Assembly (NCBI RefSeq): GCF_003704095.1
Contig: NW_020845859.1
Span: 1-64,000, forward strand
Direction: 5' to 3'
DNA: 64,000 bases
From: Pocillopora damicornis
Taxonomy: Eukaryota
Positions 37,534-52,001 of the stretch are shown piece after piece (the stretch's first letter is position 1; every line of letters starts with the position of its first letter). Under the pieces are notes generated by a model that saw only the letters and a program-made list of their open reading frames with translations, searched no databases and was not told where the DNA came from. The translations under genes and the position numbers were made by a program.

Positions 37534-39594
37534 CCTGAACCCAAACAGAAAGGCAAAATTTGGTTAGTTCTTTGAGACAGGTGGCCCAGGCTTGTGTAGG
37601 AAATTAATTAAACCAGTCTTAATTATATATCACTTAAAACGAAACCCATTTTTAAAGGATGGCTGAAACTCGTCAAACAAAAACAAAGCTAAATTAGCAT
37701 GAAGCTCAATCGATCGATGATGGTCGCCAGAAATAAAAACCCTAGGGTCTCATCAGGAACCGCAAATTAGGCCCAAAAATTTTCATCAGACAACTATTGA
37801 AAAAAAAAAAGCTATGGATCGGAAAATCGCCGAGGCTGCGATTCAGTTAAACAGGGGACCGGGATAACGAGACCTTTAGGCTGGACAAGCGAAAAACGAA
37901 AACAGTAAACCGTTCTTTCGTGAACAAAACCGCAAAGAAGTTTCTTTAATTTGGAGCAAATACCAAGGACCGATCTTAAAACGGCCGTTTTTAGTCATTC
38001 AGATAGCGCAGCCAGAACTGCGAGGCAAACTGCTTGCCGTCTCATAACACTGATGCGAAAATCACACTTAAAAAGATGAAAAATAACGAGAATAGGGCTA
38101 TACTCGCAAAAAAGTTCTTACTTCAGGTTTGTCAAGTTGGCCTGCTCGGTAACATTCAGGTGACGAGACATTCTATTCATCCGGTGAGGTTTAATAGTGT
38201 ATCGATGTTGCTCAGACAGTGGAGGCTGTATCTTGAAATAGAATCGTCAAATATTAAGTGGTGCTATTTATTGTACTGTCTTTGAAATTATGGAGGCCAA
38301 ACAAAGTGGGTGACATTTGCGTCTCACATTTTAATTAAAACGCAATGCAATATTATTTCGGGTTGGTGAAAATTTGACTATTTGAACGTTGACTTACTTT
38401 GACTGATAATTTCCTTCTGTTGTTGGTCATTCTATTAAAAATTTTTCATATTTGTTTGTGTTTTAAAGGTTAGTTAATGTAGTAACCCGTATTGTGTTCA
38501 ATTTAGTAATAATAACTCGACATCAAAGTGGAAAAATATGAATATCAGATCCTGATCAAAGTTACCAACCAAGAATTAGTAATGTAACTAAAAATTATAG
38601 TTCCTATCTATCTTATCTAGCGTGCATTCTCCTCAATAGCTACAAAAACATCTGCTATACACTTGTATATCATTATACAGAAGGTATTAAGTAGTAAAGC
38701 TTCGTGTAGTTTGACCTCTCCCTCCCAGCTAATATAAAAAGAAGATACAACTATCTTGCACTTGAAAAACACTGGTAATTAAAAATTTTTAATTTTTCAA
38801 TCATCTTGCTGTCATGTGAAATATGCCTCTCGCGGGAAATTAATATTGCCTTCTATATTCTGTCACTTCTCATTTTGTGCCAACTCACGTTCCATCATTA
38901 ACAACATTGATATGACACTTGACTCATGAGGAAAAAACCTTTTTCAATTTTCCTTTTCTGAGTTACTAATGTTACCGCTTCTAACCACGTCGCAGTTACA
39001 GTAATGAGACTGGCACCAGGCTCTATTTTTCTGAGTTTTACTTACACCGTAACATAATGATTGAGTTTCTATTGCCAGAAAAAAAAAACATAGATACTAA
39101 GAGCCCAAGCTGATTAATTTAAAAAAACAAACAATCCTATTTGTACCCACAGAATACTTTGTTCTCTCTATCCTTAATGTACGGTTAAATTTAAATTCGA
39201 CCGGGTGTCTGATTATCATATCGTAAGATCCACATTTTGAGGTAAAAAACTAACATTTAAGATGAGGAAATGATGTCATCTATCAGCCTGTTCCAGGCGC
39301 TTGGTCGGTGAAAGGGAGCGATTTTATAAACGGTACAATGGTAACGGAGGAGTGATAGCGACAGAGGTTTGGGTCGAGACCCGACCCAAACCTCCACCGT
39401 TTTTTCACTTCTCCACCACTATCGAGTCGTGGATAACGACTTTGGATGCGTCCTTGAGCAAGAGTTAACTACGCCAAAATAGAAGCCTAGAAACTACTGC
39501 TGGAATTATATGCGACTTTGCCAGAAATGAATTCTTATCTGACATTTCTGAAGAAGCGTAACTAAGGAGATGTTACTTAAACAGATAATGCGGA

Positions 39595-39790
39595 ATTTTC
39601 CCATTCCCAGTTCCCTTACTTTCCGTTTTCTATTTTCCGATCCTTATTTTCCGGTTCTACTTTTTCCGTTCCCTATCCGCTGTGCCCATTTTCCGTTCCT
39701 GGTTTTCCATTCCCGATTTCCTTTTCCATCCCTAATTCCCCATTCATCATTTCTCATTCCCTAATACCCATTCTCCTTTCGGCCATTTCG
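39595..39790. repeat. Pyrimidine-rich degenerate (TTCCCAT/TTCCGTT)n repeat
   Basis: Direct inspection. Confidence 0.7.
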
Positions 39791-40049
39791 TTCCAAGACA
39801 GTTCACTTCAAAACTACGTCACATTGTTCCACTGCGAAGTCTCATCTTACCACAAAAAAGTTTCATTCGCCAAAAACGATCTAAGAGAGTCGGACACAGA
39901 AACTTTCCGAATTAGTACATTACAAAGAGCTTTATGTAAAAAAATTACGTAAGACCTTTATAGATAGTTCAGCATTTCAACTCCACACAACATCGGGCAA
40001 GCACAGGTCCGAAAACACGTTACAGCTGCGTGTAGATGAATACGATGAT

Positions 40050-40435
40050 CATTAAATAACTGTGAATATATGAAAAACATTTATGTGTAATGCGGATAAA
40101 GACGTGATTGAGCAACAGGGAAAATAAGGCCTGAAAAAAAAAAAAAATTCAGGCCTGTCTGGGATTTGAACCCCGGTGATACCGGTGCAGTTTTCTACCA
40201 ACTGAGCTAACAAGCCAACTGGGAGCTGAGTTCTTTGATTTCAAATACACCTGAATAAATACTACAGATAAAGACGTGATTATGAAAGCGATCTTTATGA
40301 ACGCTTCTTGATTTTCAGTTATTTATTCATCACTTCACGGGTTTATTGCAAGCCTGAATTTTTCTGTTTTTGGTTTTTTTTTCAGGCCTTATTTTCACTA
40401 CTGCTCAAGTAGTGAAGTTCGCTCTCATATTCAAA
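40050..40435. mobile_element. tRNA-derived repeat with inverted arms
   Basis: aaattcaggcctgtctgggatttgaacccc...ctaccaactgagcta (tRNA-like on the minus strand). Arms gaaaataaggcctgaaaaaa / tttttcaggccttattttc. Related to 1683-1856. Confidence 0.6.
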
Positions 40436-42067
40436 TGATGATTATTATAATGCACGAGTAGGCAATTATGACACTCCGATTCTCTGATGAGTGTTAAAAG
40501 AAAATCCCTCTTCGAATTCTAGCAAGAAAGTTCGTAATATCAGAATTGGATCGATATCACTTCGTAGTGGAACGAGGTGACTGTATATCGAAACGATCTA
40601 ACCGAAATTTGGAAGGAACTGACCTCGAATGAAAAGACCATGGAACTAAAGACTAAGTGACCGTAAATCCCTCATTTCAGAAACTATCCGAGGAAAGAAG
40701 AAAATTATTCCAGAGTCTAAGGATCGGATCAGCATTTACGCTACATTTTCAATTTTCAGGGACGTTGACGGCTAATGTCAACAGCTACGCCATGGCGATC
40801 TAAGGACCCTTTGAAACACGAATTCACTCTTCGCTCTTTCATTCGACGTCATGCAGTCATCTTTATAAAAAAAATTTCCAATCAATATATAAAGAGAACG
40901 AGATACAATTGCGAAAAAAAAAGCTGCGCACCTTGTTTCAGTTTGATGTAGTCAGTGCAGCGAACTCCACAAGATTTGCCAAAATTTACAACGCAAAGTG
41001 CACAGTCGGTTATTATTCTTCCTCTTATTCAGGGAGTCGTTGTAATCCTCGTGATGAAAATCAACACCGACTGTCGCCCAAAGTACTGTATAATGTTTCC
41101 CGTACCGCGAAAAACTGTCTACATGAGAGAACATTAGTGAAGTTTCATCTCCGATGCGCCTAGTTTAAACTGAAGAATATCCAGAGATGGAACTCGAAAA
41201 AACCCAAACCATGTTCTTTTGTATAAGTAAATAAAATTTGAGCCTTCTCCGATGTGTATAGGGAATGAGGAAAAATATCAGAGCTGTCAGTCGCAAAAGA
41301 TCATTTTGAATAATTTCGATTTTGAACAGTACTCTTTAAAAGATAAATCTATTTCAATCTACTGGCGAACTTACCTAAAATTTGTGATTTTCGTGAGCTT
41401 TATGGCCAGACTGTTTAAAACTATCAACTTTGCACAAAGGCTCTGCGTGTTCACTCCGTCTCAAGCAATAAAACCGAATATTTAATATAAAAGAAAACAT
41501 TCATATTTGCACAACAAAACGAGCAGATACAAACAATCTTTCAGTTTCTTTGTTTCTACATTATTTTGCCTTTCGAACTAAGACAGTAATAAAGAGTGCA
41601 AAAGCCGTTTCATTTCTTTGCCATGTTGATATGCTACATGCACGTTGAAATAAAATCCTCGCTTCATCGTGATATTCAATTATCCTACTTATTTTAGCTG
41701 AAACATAATTCGCAATATATACCTTACAATATTTCTTGAATACCTGAAATTTTTAAGCCCATCCAGAGATTTTCTGGAACCGTAAAATCGCTTTTGTTTT
41801 CGTCTGCTACCGTTGAAATCCTTGCAAGTGGAAGTGATTAATGTTTCAGCTGCACTGCTGTTTTAAAAACAAAAAAACTTGATCACGCAAAGGGATCCGC
41901 TGCAAAAGGGTAAACTGCGTAGGATGGGTTTTGCTTTCGTAAATGTCTCATCAAAACGTGCTACAAAAGTAAATTCCTTTTTTTTACATGTAAGTTTTAA
42001 TCTTTAAAACGCTAATTTATGATAATTTGCATATGTATACCGAGATCTAATAATAACCAGCAGGGCT

Positions 42068-42275
42068 NNNNNNNNNNNNNNNNNNNNNNNNNNNNNNNNN
42101 NNNNNNNNNNNNNNNNNNNNNNNNNNNNNNNNNNNNNNNNNNNNNNNNNNNNNNNNNNNNNNNNNNNNNNNNNNNNNNNNNNNNNNNNNNNNNNNNNNNN
42201 NNNNNNNNNNNNNNNNNNNNNNNNNNNNNNNNNNNNNNNNNNNNNNNNNNNNNNNNNNNNNNNNNNNNNNNNNNN
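42068..42275. other. Assembly gap (others: 11216-11312, 12935-13034, 14195-14294, 57915-58014)
   Basis: Runs of N. Confidence 0.99.
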
Positions 42276-45200
42276 CATTCCTTCTATAAAAGTGTTTTGT
42301 CTCACAAACGGTCACCCTTTCATTTCCGTCAGGGAGGATGAATCCAAGACTGCGGCAAATAAGTAAAATATTCATAGTTCGCTGCTTACGTCTGTTTGTC
42401 AGAAAAGTGTATTTTCACTTAACAACTCATGTTTTTTGACAGCTCTTATGCAATCGTCGCTTAAGTGATCTTGCAGTAGTAGTAGTGAACTTATTTGTAT
42501 TCAGATCACGAGCGTATTAAGACACATGCCAATTTATCTGATAATCACTTAACCATCGATTAAGATCATTCATGTTTCAAGTTTTTGATGGTTTAGAAAA
42601 GAAATGGGCTCTATACAGCTTGACAGTGATGATGTTCAGGGTATATACTACAATGACGACAGATCCTTAGAACAAAGTAAAAAAGAAAAAAACAAAAAAA
42701 AATACAGGTGAAGAGTCGTAAGGTTGAGACATAAATGAATGTTGTTGTGTTCATGGAAAGTAAGTTACACTTTCGATTAAGAGAACAAGCTTCGTCAAAA
42801 TGGTCATTTTTGTCGTTTATCAATTGTCGTTTATCGGAAAGAAAGTGAACTTATGGGTAAGCGTCACACGCCGAGAAATAAGCTGAAAAAACAACGTTCA
42901 GATTACTATAAATTAACTGTTGAGAAAAATCTCAAAGCCATTACCCGTTATACCATTGTATGATAAATTACCCAGATCTGACAATACTGCATTTTTCAAA
43001 TTGACTCTTCAGTATCACCGAAAGCTTTCCTCTCATTTAATAGGTTCGTTCTCGTTTTTTTTTTGTTGTTCATAAACTGACGTAAGTGTCCTGTGATTGC
43101 ATTTTTTTTTCCTCAAATCAGGTATCGAACTGTCATTAAAAGAAAACGGCATTATGGAAGTCAATGCGGCCTGCTTTTTCTAAAAACAAAGTAAGATTTT
43201 TAAATATAAGAAAATAAGTCGCAGAGTTCAAGAACTAATGACGCTATTCGAGGCATATCCGGTTTTTCAACAGTGATAATTTTTTAAGAAATTTGAGCTA
43301 GTCTGGTCTAATATTTATTCCAACTTCCTGTTTTCTTCCTAAGGAAAGATGGAAAATGCTAATGATGAGATAAAAGATCATATCCTGTGGCCGGTAAATT
43401 TAAAGAGTTTTTTAGAACTTGCTTTAAAAAAGATTACGCACGGATGTAGCCCCTTTTTTAAACAAAATAGACTTCAATACGATGGAAAATAGAGAACTAT
43501 TTTTGTCGAAGATTCTGAATTTAAAGATCAAAGATGAAATACCTCAAAAGGTGATAAAATAAAAATTAAATAATGCAGTGTTATAAAGAGTACATTACTT
43601 GAAAAAAGAACGAAAAACGCTTGATACATATCGAGACACATGAAATATTTTGAGATGGCTTTCCGAAAAAAATTGCAATCAGAATATTGTCGAATCCCTT
43701 TTGAGTAGAAAAAACAATATTATTTGTTTTACAGGTGCTTGAAAAGGTAGCTTAGTGGAATGAACTTGAAAATGAACATCGCTACCGGCTTACTTATGAC
43801 TGAATTCAGAACAATTTTTGTCCATTTTCAGAAAATCGCATGAGCTAATTACGCTCGTGCCGACGTACGCTTTTGGAAGCGGAAAGTAGTCGAAACACTT
43901 CAAAATAAAACCCTTTACTGTCGAAAGCTGTTCTCGAGTTGTTGCTGTTTGATTTATTTTAAGGAAAACTCACTTATGAACGAGGATAAAAACTTCAGAA
44001 CTTACCAAGGACAAAGTCTGTAAATGCACCTTCCCTGATTTGTTTTATACAAATAAACGATGCCTCTAGTGTACAATACAATATCGAATCTTACGTCTCA
44101 TAAACCCACGAGTTCATTAACGCAGGAAAGTGTGATGTCATAGCAGATATCATATCGCAAATCAAAGAAAATAAATAACTGTAAAGGACGTGTGGTAAAG
44201 TATCAGACTAAAACGTTTTGATCTTGTCTCGCCACTGAAGATAAACTTAAACTTCCTCTCTAGACAAGAAAGGTTTGAATATGAAATTGTGTTGCAAATA
44301 GCACAGATCAAAAATGAAATACGTTGGTTTTGGAAGTCATTTTTAACTTTCGAACTATTGTTTGAGAGGAATCCAATTTTTGCTTGGATTTAGGTTAGTT
44401 ACGTGCTGTGCCGATTTGAACAATAAAAAATTTTAGACAATGAAGACTGATTAATACATTAAGTTGACATGTTTAGCAGAAATAATTAATATAACTTGTT
44501 TACTACCCAATATTATCATTCATTTAGAGATACATTCATTGGAAAATAACAAGAAACTCATGTAACGACACTAAAATGTTGAACGCTTGACATTAGAGCG
44601 GGTAAATACGATAATTTTTTTGAGAGACCCATTATAGTTTCTCCACCAGCAGTCACGGATTCAGTCCCCTTCTTGACTTCCGACAGTCTCCCATGAAACA
44701 ATGAATTACACTCGACACGTTTCTATTGCGTTCGGTCCTTGCCTAAAATAATCTTGAGTCCCCGACGTGCTTAATTTTAGCTCTCAACCTTTATTTTTGC
44801 TTCCAATATTTAGTTTCCGTCATTCAGCGTAATCTTTCATCGTTCAACTTGAACAAACAACATCCATCTTTAGAAAGGATGAGAAAGAACTCAAAACTGA
44901 GACTCGAAATTTCAACATTTTCATCGCTCAGTCTTAAAAATAAACTCTTACTTTTCCACATGAAATTTCGAACATTTTTTTCGCTTTCGCAACCATGAAC
45001 TCAGGAAATACTTCTTCTATGTAGGACCAGATGAAAGCTGCTTACAGCAAAGCGAAAAAGATCAATAAAAACCTCTGTTGATACATGACCCAAATATTCA
45101 AGTAGATAAAGTAATATTGACGGAAATAATCCATAACTATATAACACCGTCACGTGCATGTAAGAAGACTTTTCTTTCTGAGTCAACAACATAGAAAACT

Positions 45201-47400
45201 AATAATCAAGGTTGTTTAAACAGCGGATCTGAAAAATCTGCGTGCTGTAAATCTTTACCAAGGCGAGATAATCCATTTCCGTTGCTCTCTCGTCCCGTGA
45301 ATGCGATCCCGCTGACAACAAACAAAGTTGTCAAAAATTCGTCAACGGACCACTCCTTTGAAAAATCTTAACTGCGTCCCAGGTTTCGTCGGTCTGCTTG
45401 CAAACTAATTATTCTACTGGACCCGTTCAGTTCAAAACACTACACAGACTTAGCATGCAGGCTAAAGCTGCACAAGTTCGCATGGAGCCCCACTGTTGTG
45501 GTTATGTGAGGGGTACAAACTGTAATCCCGGGCCTAATGTGGAATTGTTCTAGCGGGCTATCTTCATTGAGGAGGCACCTATGTACACGAATAATTTTTC
45601 CGTCATGAGGTTTTCAATTGATTAAAAATTCTCCTGTTAATATTCAACAGACACCAGTGTAAAATCTAAGGACCAAAGCCGGACACAAGCGTTTAAGATC
45701 CAACACTAGTGTCTAAAATCGATCACTCATGTTTAAAAATCGAACAATGTCTAAAATAGGACACTAGCGTGCAAGTTTGGACTTTCGTGTCCGATTTTAG
45801 ACACCAGTATCTGATTTTGAACACTACATCGCGCAGAATTGTGTGACACATCCGGGATATTTACGGGTGCAAGGGCGCTAAATTTAAAAGACCGAGACGA
45901 CAAATGGCATGACACAATAAAAAAAAATGGCCGCAATAGGTAAGGGTCCCCTTGCGTTTAATTTTTTCACAGCTTAAATATATAAAATATCGAAAGGGTT
46001 GCATACGGTTTTCAAAGAAAAGATTTTCATAATAAAATAACAACTATTTACCACTGAGTGTCCGATTTTTGACAGTGGTGTCCGTTTGCCTTATTGCAGA
46101 ATGATATGGATAAACTTTCCAAAGTACATACCGTAAAAAATTTTTCATATTTATTTTTTTTTCGTATTTGAGCATTGCACATACCTACCAACGTCGTTGA
46201 TACTCTGGTCCACATCATTTCTTGAGTAGGCTGAATTGACTCCTGCTCGAACGACCGTCATAAAAAAGAAAGAGGTTCACAATTCCATCTATGTTTTAAG
46301 TTATTTTCCACTTTGCAGAGCTACCTTCAACTTTCATATAAGAACTCATTGTGAGAGACTGGTTCGCTGTAAACCCAATTAACGACAAATCAAGACAGCG
46401 AAAGAAGATAATGAAAACATCTTTTCCTTCGACGCGGCGATTTATGAAAAAAATATCGACTTTTGGTCTTTTAAACTTGTGCTTATACCATCTTTTTCCG
46501 GCTCCTTGGTCCGTCCCCTTGCAGGTGAGCTAAGCGATATTGTTTACATTTATTTTCAGGCGAATTCAAACGAGATATTTACCTCACCGCTGACGTCATA
46601 AGACATTGACCCATACCACGCCCAGTCACTGGTTGTTAGTTAAGGGGACGGTAATAGATTGAAATGCTTTTGCCAAAATCGGACAGCGGACGAGCAAAAA
46701 CTATACCTGATCACTGAGAGATATGGCTATTAAAAATGTTATTGCTAGATGCTGATAGCTTAGCAATTGTTAAACAAAGCCCAGGTCCATAACAGACAAA
46801 ATAAACATTCGACCGCTTTACCTCGACCGATGGCAATCGTCCCAACTTTTCCCAGAGGACCACAGTACGTGTTTATACTGAGATCTAGATGTTTCTCAAG
46901 CTCCAGTGGTCGTGCGCGGTGTAATGTGTTCCAAGTATTATCCAATCTGAACGTGCTCACAGCTCATAGGCGTAGGACAGGCTAACAGTGCGTACAGGGT
47001 TATAGAATTGGTCATTATAAAAGCGGGAGCTTTTGCAACGGAATTTTGCGAGTTGACGTATTTTGAACCGAAGTTATTTTTAAATTATGGGGAAAAGTAG
47101 GACAGGAAGTCGTTTAGCAGTTATCCGTGTTTGCGTCGAAATCGTAGACTACGTGATATTCAATGTTGCGATAATTCATCAATTTTTGCTGTTTACTGGA
47201 AATGGCGAACAGAAAAAAAATTTAATATCGTGCCGTTTTCTTTCAGTTGTTAAAATTCTTACGAATGATAATAATTGCACCAGCTGAATCTGGGGCAATG
47301 TCTGTTATTTTAATAAAGAAAATTGGAAGATTATATGAGGCAGAAGTGGATGTCTTTCTAACTGCTGGAGTAAACGATTTGTTGACATCTACAGTAAGTG

Positions 47401-47408
47401 TATAAATA
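47401..47408 (+). promoter_or_regulatory. Candidate TATA box of TIMP-F
   Basis: TATAAATA 110 bp upstream of ATG 47511. Confidence 0.5.
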
Positions 47409-47510
47409 GAGACAGCGTAGTCCAGAAACAAGCAAAGCCGAAGAAACTAAGCGAAGAAGAGTCCTGTGTAAGACCTGTAGGGAATCCCTGGACGGATACA
47501 AGGACAAAAC

Positions 47511-48458
47511 ATGTCATTTGCAATCTCTATCGGTTTTATATTTTGTTTCAGCTTCATAACTGCCAGCCAGAGCTGTATGTGCCGGTTTAGAGGACTGCGA
47601 AAAGACTTTTGTGCCGCTGCCATCGGTAAGCAATTGCAGTGCAAAAACATGGCTACTATATTAGTTCAATTTTGGTTGGGTGAAGTTCTTGGTCACAATT
47701 CAAAGAAAGGCGTAAGAGATTTTTCAATATATTTTATGTTTTGCTTTTTTTCCTCTTAGCAAACACATTAGTAATGTATTTATATTTAAAATTTTATTGT
47801 TATCGACATATGTAAAAAATATAGAATTATAGATTCCATTGTAAATAGATTTTAGCCCTTGAAATAAAGATATAAGCTTGTTTGTTATTATCATCTATAT
47901 CACTATTATTAATATTTTTTTTTGCATTTGTTCCACAATATGCACTAGCCACCCTCGTGTTTAAGATTAAGAGCTCATGTTCTTTTCAAAATTCAGGAAT
48001 ATGATTTCTTTCGATTTTTTTAAACAGTCATGAAAGCCAAGGTTACGTCCAACGCTACAAATGCCCTCCATGTCCAGTCTGATAATGACACATTCAGCCT
48101 TTATTCTTCTTCTCAAGTCTACAATCTGAAAATTGTTGAAGTTTTCAAGGGTAAAGAACAACTTAATCAGCTGGCAGGATTCACACCGTCTATCAGAGGC
48201 GAGAGCCCAGTGTATACAGTTGAGCTGCACACCCCTCCTCGGTTTATTTCATGCAGCTTCCTGCTCCGCGAAGGTCAGGAGTATCTCCTGTCAGGCAGAC
48301 TAGACAACAACAAGTTAAGTTCCGAATTTTGCGATATCCGTCTGGAGTGGGGTGATATCACGCCAAGGCAGGAATATGGTGTTAGGGTAAAATACGCTGA
48401 GGACTGTTATGATGGAGGAATTAGAATCCATAACCAGTTTCAAGACCAATGGCCGTAA
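47511..48458 (+). CDS. TIMP: N-domain-only TIMP-like inhibitor with short tail (TIMP-F), ~181 aa
   Basis: Exons 47511-47625 (MSFAISIGFIFCFSFITASQS-CMCRFRGLRKDFCAAAI) and 48028-48458 (VMKAKV..VEVFKG..LHTP..ISCS..EYLLSG..FCDIRLEW..YAEDCY). Confidence 0.9.
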
Positions 48459-49607
48459 TTTGCATCGCGATTCATAATTTCTGTTCGTACTGAAGTGCTA
48501 GAATCGTATTTTTTTAACTGTTGTTGTGTGCAAAATTTAAAAATTAGGCCAGTGAATTGTCAAGGTCTAGTTTTATTAACCAAGTTGAAAACTTGTACCT
48601 TCTTTATTGCGTAAATTGCTACTAAATAGTTGTATATAAAGTAGACTTCACTGTTTGCATTAATAAATTGTATAAAAAATCTTACACCTTCTCGTAACGT
48701 TGTCCTGTTGTTTGTTCGTTTGATCTTTCCATCTGAGTTGACTGATCTGTTTTCTTTAAAGCCTTTGAAAATCGTTACCAAAAATACAGGTCAAAATCTG
48801 CGAAGACTGACGTTTAACGGTTATTTCACTTAACATGTTTTGGGTGATTTCAACTAGCGAGTTTCTGCCGCTCTCTGGTTTCGAAATTTGCGCCTTGTTC
48901 GTTGAGTTAGTATCAAACAACTAATCTCATCGATATCAGGTAAACCTTTTGATTGGTAATCTTGGAGTATGATGGTTTATGTGTGGGTTTTAGCTGAGAT
49001 GGACAGACGTTGTTTAAGTTGAGAAATGAACATTACAGAGTATTGTTGGAGTTAAAGACTATCTAAACAATGATGCGAGCCTGCCTTATTTCTTTTTTAC
49101 GACATATAGCGGAAATGTCATAGAAATTCGTTCTGCTTTGGAGATTTTAAGTAAAGCACTCGGAATGTTTACATACCTAGGATATGGATTTGCCGAACTA
49201 CAATCTATTTGTGGTCTTTAAATAAGGGGGGTAAGTCTCTAAAGATACCGTGATGTTACGTCGGTGGCGGATATCATAAGATGAACAACTCAGTTTTATT
49301 AACTGAGTTGCTGATGTAAATTTGCCATCATAAAGAGTTTCGTTAGTTCGCGATCATTTCCTTCATTCTCTTCACCCTAATGTTTGATTCTGGGGTGATA
49401 CTGTGGGGAGAAATTGGATACTTATCACTCTAAGTGGTTCCCATTGTTTGTTTCGTAGAGGAAAGATGGGATCGTATGATCTCCTGTTTGTTTCCCTTTC
49501 ATACGCAGACATCAATAAAGAAATTAAAACTCCCCGGAAAGCTTAAGAAAAATGAAATACCTTATTTAGGAAAACTATTTCGAAAGCATGTTTTCATTTC
49601 CAGGTCT

Positions 49608-49972
49608 TCAATTACAGCGTAAGCTTACATGATGATGTGATGATGTAAAAACAGTGACTCTTCCTTCTCGATTTATCAGATTCGCATCTTTCCACGATTT
49701 GTTTTCTTGCCAAATAATGGCTGTTACGCACATATCAATCAATCCCGCAGACGTCTTGCTGAGCAGATCTATGTCTGAAAGCACGAGTGTCCGTGACTCA
49801 AATGTTATCAAATCGCACACGTCCATTCTGATCTTCGAACCTATTGAAAACTCGGCGTCTATTTGGGCAGCACGGGCTGAAAAAAAGTGACCTTTCTTCC
49901 TTTCTGTGTTTCAAATACTTTCAGCTTGAGCGTGTGAGCATGATGGAATTCGCATTATCTTGCTTTTATGGC
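49608..49972 (-). pseudogene. Possible degraded TIMP/NTR exon-2 relic
   Basis: AIKAR*...LKLKVFETQKG, then a frame change in a poly-T run to ...DVCDLITFESRTLVLSD...LIDMCVTAIIW...LRCN. Motif order mimics the paralogs. Confidence 0.35.
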
Positions 49973-50536
49973 AATACAGAAGGATACCTAAGAGAGAGGC
50001 TTACTGTTGTATAAACACATCAATAGCTTTTAAGAGTCTCGGAAGAGTGTCAAATTAAATACTTGAGAAGGGAAATCAGTAAAGATCGGCGGTCAGTTTA
50101 CAAACATATTCTAACGCAAATGATCTTGTAAACCTAAAATTACAAATTTATGATATAAGAAGACTAGACGAGAGAGAATCCCGTGTTTCCAGATTGTTTT
50201 CACGCAAAGAATTCCTCATACCTCTAGCAGCAAAATTAGTGCGTTTCGCTGCAAGTCACAAGTGCCAGGAATGTATATACATTTTTAGACAAAAAAGTCT
50301 CTTTCTTAATTAGGAGTGGTCTTGAAAAAAACTATTTTGGCTCATCATTTGTATAGTACATCAACAGTAGTGTGTTGTTCCAGCTGTTTATGTAATTTAG
50401 GCCACATAACTCTAAAATGAGGGGGTGATGTTTTTATCGTGGACAGGAGTACGTGTTGCAGAATTCAAATAACATTTTTAATTAGAGCTGAATTGCGGTC
50501 AGATATGGAATTAGCAGACTTGAATAAGAACATCTG

Positions 50537-50747
50537 TTAACTATTTACTTCCCTGATCAAATTTGAAATTCTCCTTACTGTCAACCATGCAATTCTTATA
50601 ATCTTAGTTCAGAGAATTTAGTATTGGATCAACTAATTATCCCCAAATTGATATTATTCTTTATTCCCATCACTTATCTGGTTGATATTGTATCCGTATT
50701 GTAGGGAGAAATTCTTTCTTGGTCACTCATGGGGATAAAGGGTTTAA
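50537..50747 (-). mobile_element. piggyBac-type MITE copy upstream of TIMP-G
   Basis: Bounded by TTAA; interior is near-identical to 9290-9487. Confidence 0.8.
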
Positions 50748-52001
50748 GACAGCTCGTGAAACAGCCACAATTAAGCCAAACATTGTTAAAGCTTCTAAAA
50801 TAGCATATTAGCAAGCGCCAGAAAAATAAAACACAAAAACACAGACTCTCAGTTGACTCTGAACGGAACGTGCTCTCGGATTAACTTGGATAAATTCTGC
50901 TCGTTGGAAGAAAGTTAAATGTACCGGACGTATAGGCTTGTGTTTTTCAGCAGAGTGGGAGTAGGCCGAGGGTCAAAGAATCCAAAGTTATATTCAATTG
51001 TGTTTTTCTTACAAATAACTACTTCAAATTAACCGAAACCAAAATTAACCAAATCAAATTGTGTATGAAACTTAGTCCATGAAGTGATGTGAAATTTTGT
51101 TTATTTTCTTGTAAACCGACCTAGATTGCGCCATGAGTTTTCCAGCACTTATCCAAATGATAGGAAATCCTTTCAGAGACAGTGCGAGAGAAGCAATTAA
51201 TCCACAATCATCGATCATGGCGAAGATGCAAGTGGGTTTCCCTTGCGACTGAAACGTGCCATCCTATTCAAAAATGCTTGATTCAGGAAAACGTCTTTCA
51301 TGTGCCTAATTGTGTAACATAATAGCGATAAGAACAGAGATCGGTTTTGTTTTCCCGTAAAACGTGCCTTCCTGTTTGAAAAGTTAATTGTACTAAAACA
51401 TTTGGCATATGCGTCACTGTTTTTTCGGTACTTCGTAAGTCAATTTACTCAGGTAAGCAGGGTTAGTATTTTCAACTGGGTGAATAACGTAGATTGGCCT
51501 CCGAGTTTAAAAGCTGACGTTTCGAGCGTTAGCCTTTTGCCAGAGCGAAGCCCCTTAAAGAACGTAATAGAAGACCACTAAATCTATTTTTAATTTTTTT
51601 TTCTCGTGAATATAATTCAAGGTCACCATTTGACGATTAAAAAAATTAAACAATAGCGCTTGAAATATATCCCTAAAATTTTTTTCTTTCCAAAGGTCAG
51701 GGTAAAACCTCTCAACACACGTGTTGCCAAAGACTCAATCTGACTGCGTGCGCGTGAATGACTTGTCACGAGCTGGAATTTCACCGGAAGTCAAACAGCG
51801 GTTAAGAATTGCATCATCAGAAGTATTTACGTAACAAGTTTGACATCCTTCCGTAACCCACCCACACAACTCCCGTTGGTACAGGAATCACATAAGGATG
51901 GACTTAACTTGTTTCTGTCAGGCAGACGTGATTCATCAGCTGAAGTAACCACACTCTTACTGAACATCAGCGGACTAGAGTCAGAGCAGAAATTGTGAGC
52001 C

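Noticed and set aside
39364-39394. 13-bp perfect hairpin as a terminator
   Set aside because: Eukaryotic DNA; most likely an internal palindrome of a small repeat element.
42004-42375. ORFs spanning N runs
   Set aside because: Artefacts of assembly gaps.
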